Part shown: one piece after another, positions 32,000 to 32,000 of the stretch | Layout of the letters: the number at the start of each line of letters is the position of its first letter | Position numbering within the stretch: the first letter of the stretch is position 1 | Assembly: GCF_001545095.1 (NCBI RefSeq) | Contig: NZ_CP013213.1 | Location: 1,200,001 to 1,232,000, forward strand | Reading direction: 5' to 3' | Length of the DNA: 32,000 nucleotides | Source of the DNA: Erysipelothrix larvae | GTDB taxonomy: Bacteria > Bacillota_I > Bacilli_A > Erysipelotrichales > Erysipelotrichaceae | Notes under the pieces: generated by a model | What the model saw: the letters and a program-made list of their open reading frames with translations, nothing else | What the model was told of the DNA's origin: nothing | The model's database searches: none | Program-made: the position numbers and the translations under genes

Positions 32000-32000
32000 T

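Noticed and set aside
1-32000. Mollicutes-type genetic code (TGA = Trp), given the low GC and the Erysipelotrichia/Mollicutes-like gene set
   Set aside because: TGA terminates several well-defined genes (trmB, the 174-aa membrane protein, the ABC ATPase). Conserved Trp positions are encoded by TGG. The standard code fits.
1-32000. CRISPR arrays, IS elements, long direct or inverted repeats
   Set aside because: I saw no regularly spaced repeats, no transposase-like ORFs, and no long terminal inverted repeats while reading both strands. The only tandem repeat is the 3 x 12 nt coding repeat at 30769-30804.

Overview
AT-rich Bacillota-type chromosomal segment, read with the standard bacterial code (TGA is used as a stop, Trp is TGG). 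I count about 30 protein genes, one tRNA and two riboswitches.

- **1-9474:** housekeeping genes. These are an M42 peptidase, trmB, tmcAL and a SAM-riboswitch-controlled metK. A long minus-strand operon follows (rdgB, TIGR01906 membrane protein, trmL, membrane protein, a small unlisted ORF, ridA, yitT). Last is a choline-kinase-like phosphotransferase coupled to rluD.
- **9557-14872 (minus):** accessory carbohydrate locus with an MBL hydrolase, an RpiR regulator, esterase-PTS EIIC-ChbG, and DUF554.
- **15088-22000 (plus):** my top candidate for something not yet described. A guanine-class purine riboswitch with a terminator precedes a six-gene, overlap-coupled operon. The operon encodes a PotABCD-type ABC importer, adenine deaminase and an MtaD-like amidohydrolase. 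I read it as a riboswitch-controlled scavenging system for adenine-type compounds that homology alone would label polyamine transport.
- **21975-23257:** an unusually gene-poor 1.3 kb holding tRNA-Leu(CAA) and a candidate ~150-nt sRNA bounded by a promoter and a terminator.
- **23258-31999:** DUF1361, ftsK, rnj, ymdB and rny on the minus strand, a divergent CapA-family gene, and a truncated convergent ORF.

Several ORF-track starts look over-extended, so I reset them from Shine-Dalgarno (SD) and promoter positions. All motif coordinates were derived by hand and no database search or folding program was available. I found no CRISPR array, transposase, integrase or recognisable defence or toxin-antitoxin genes.
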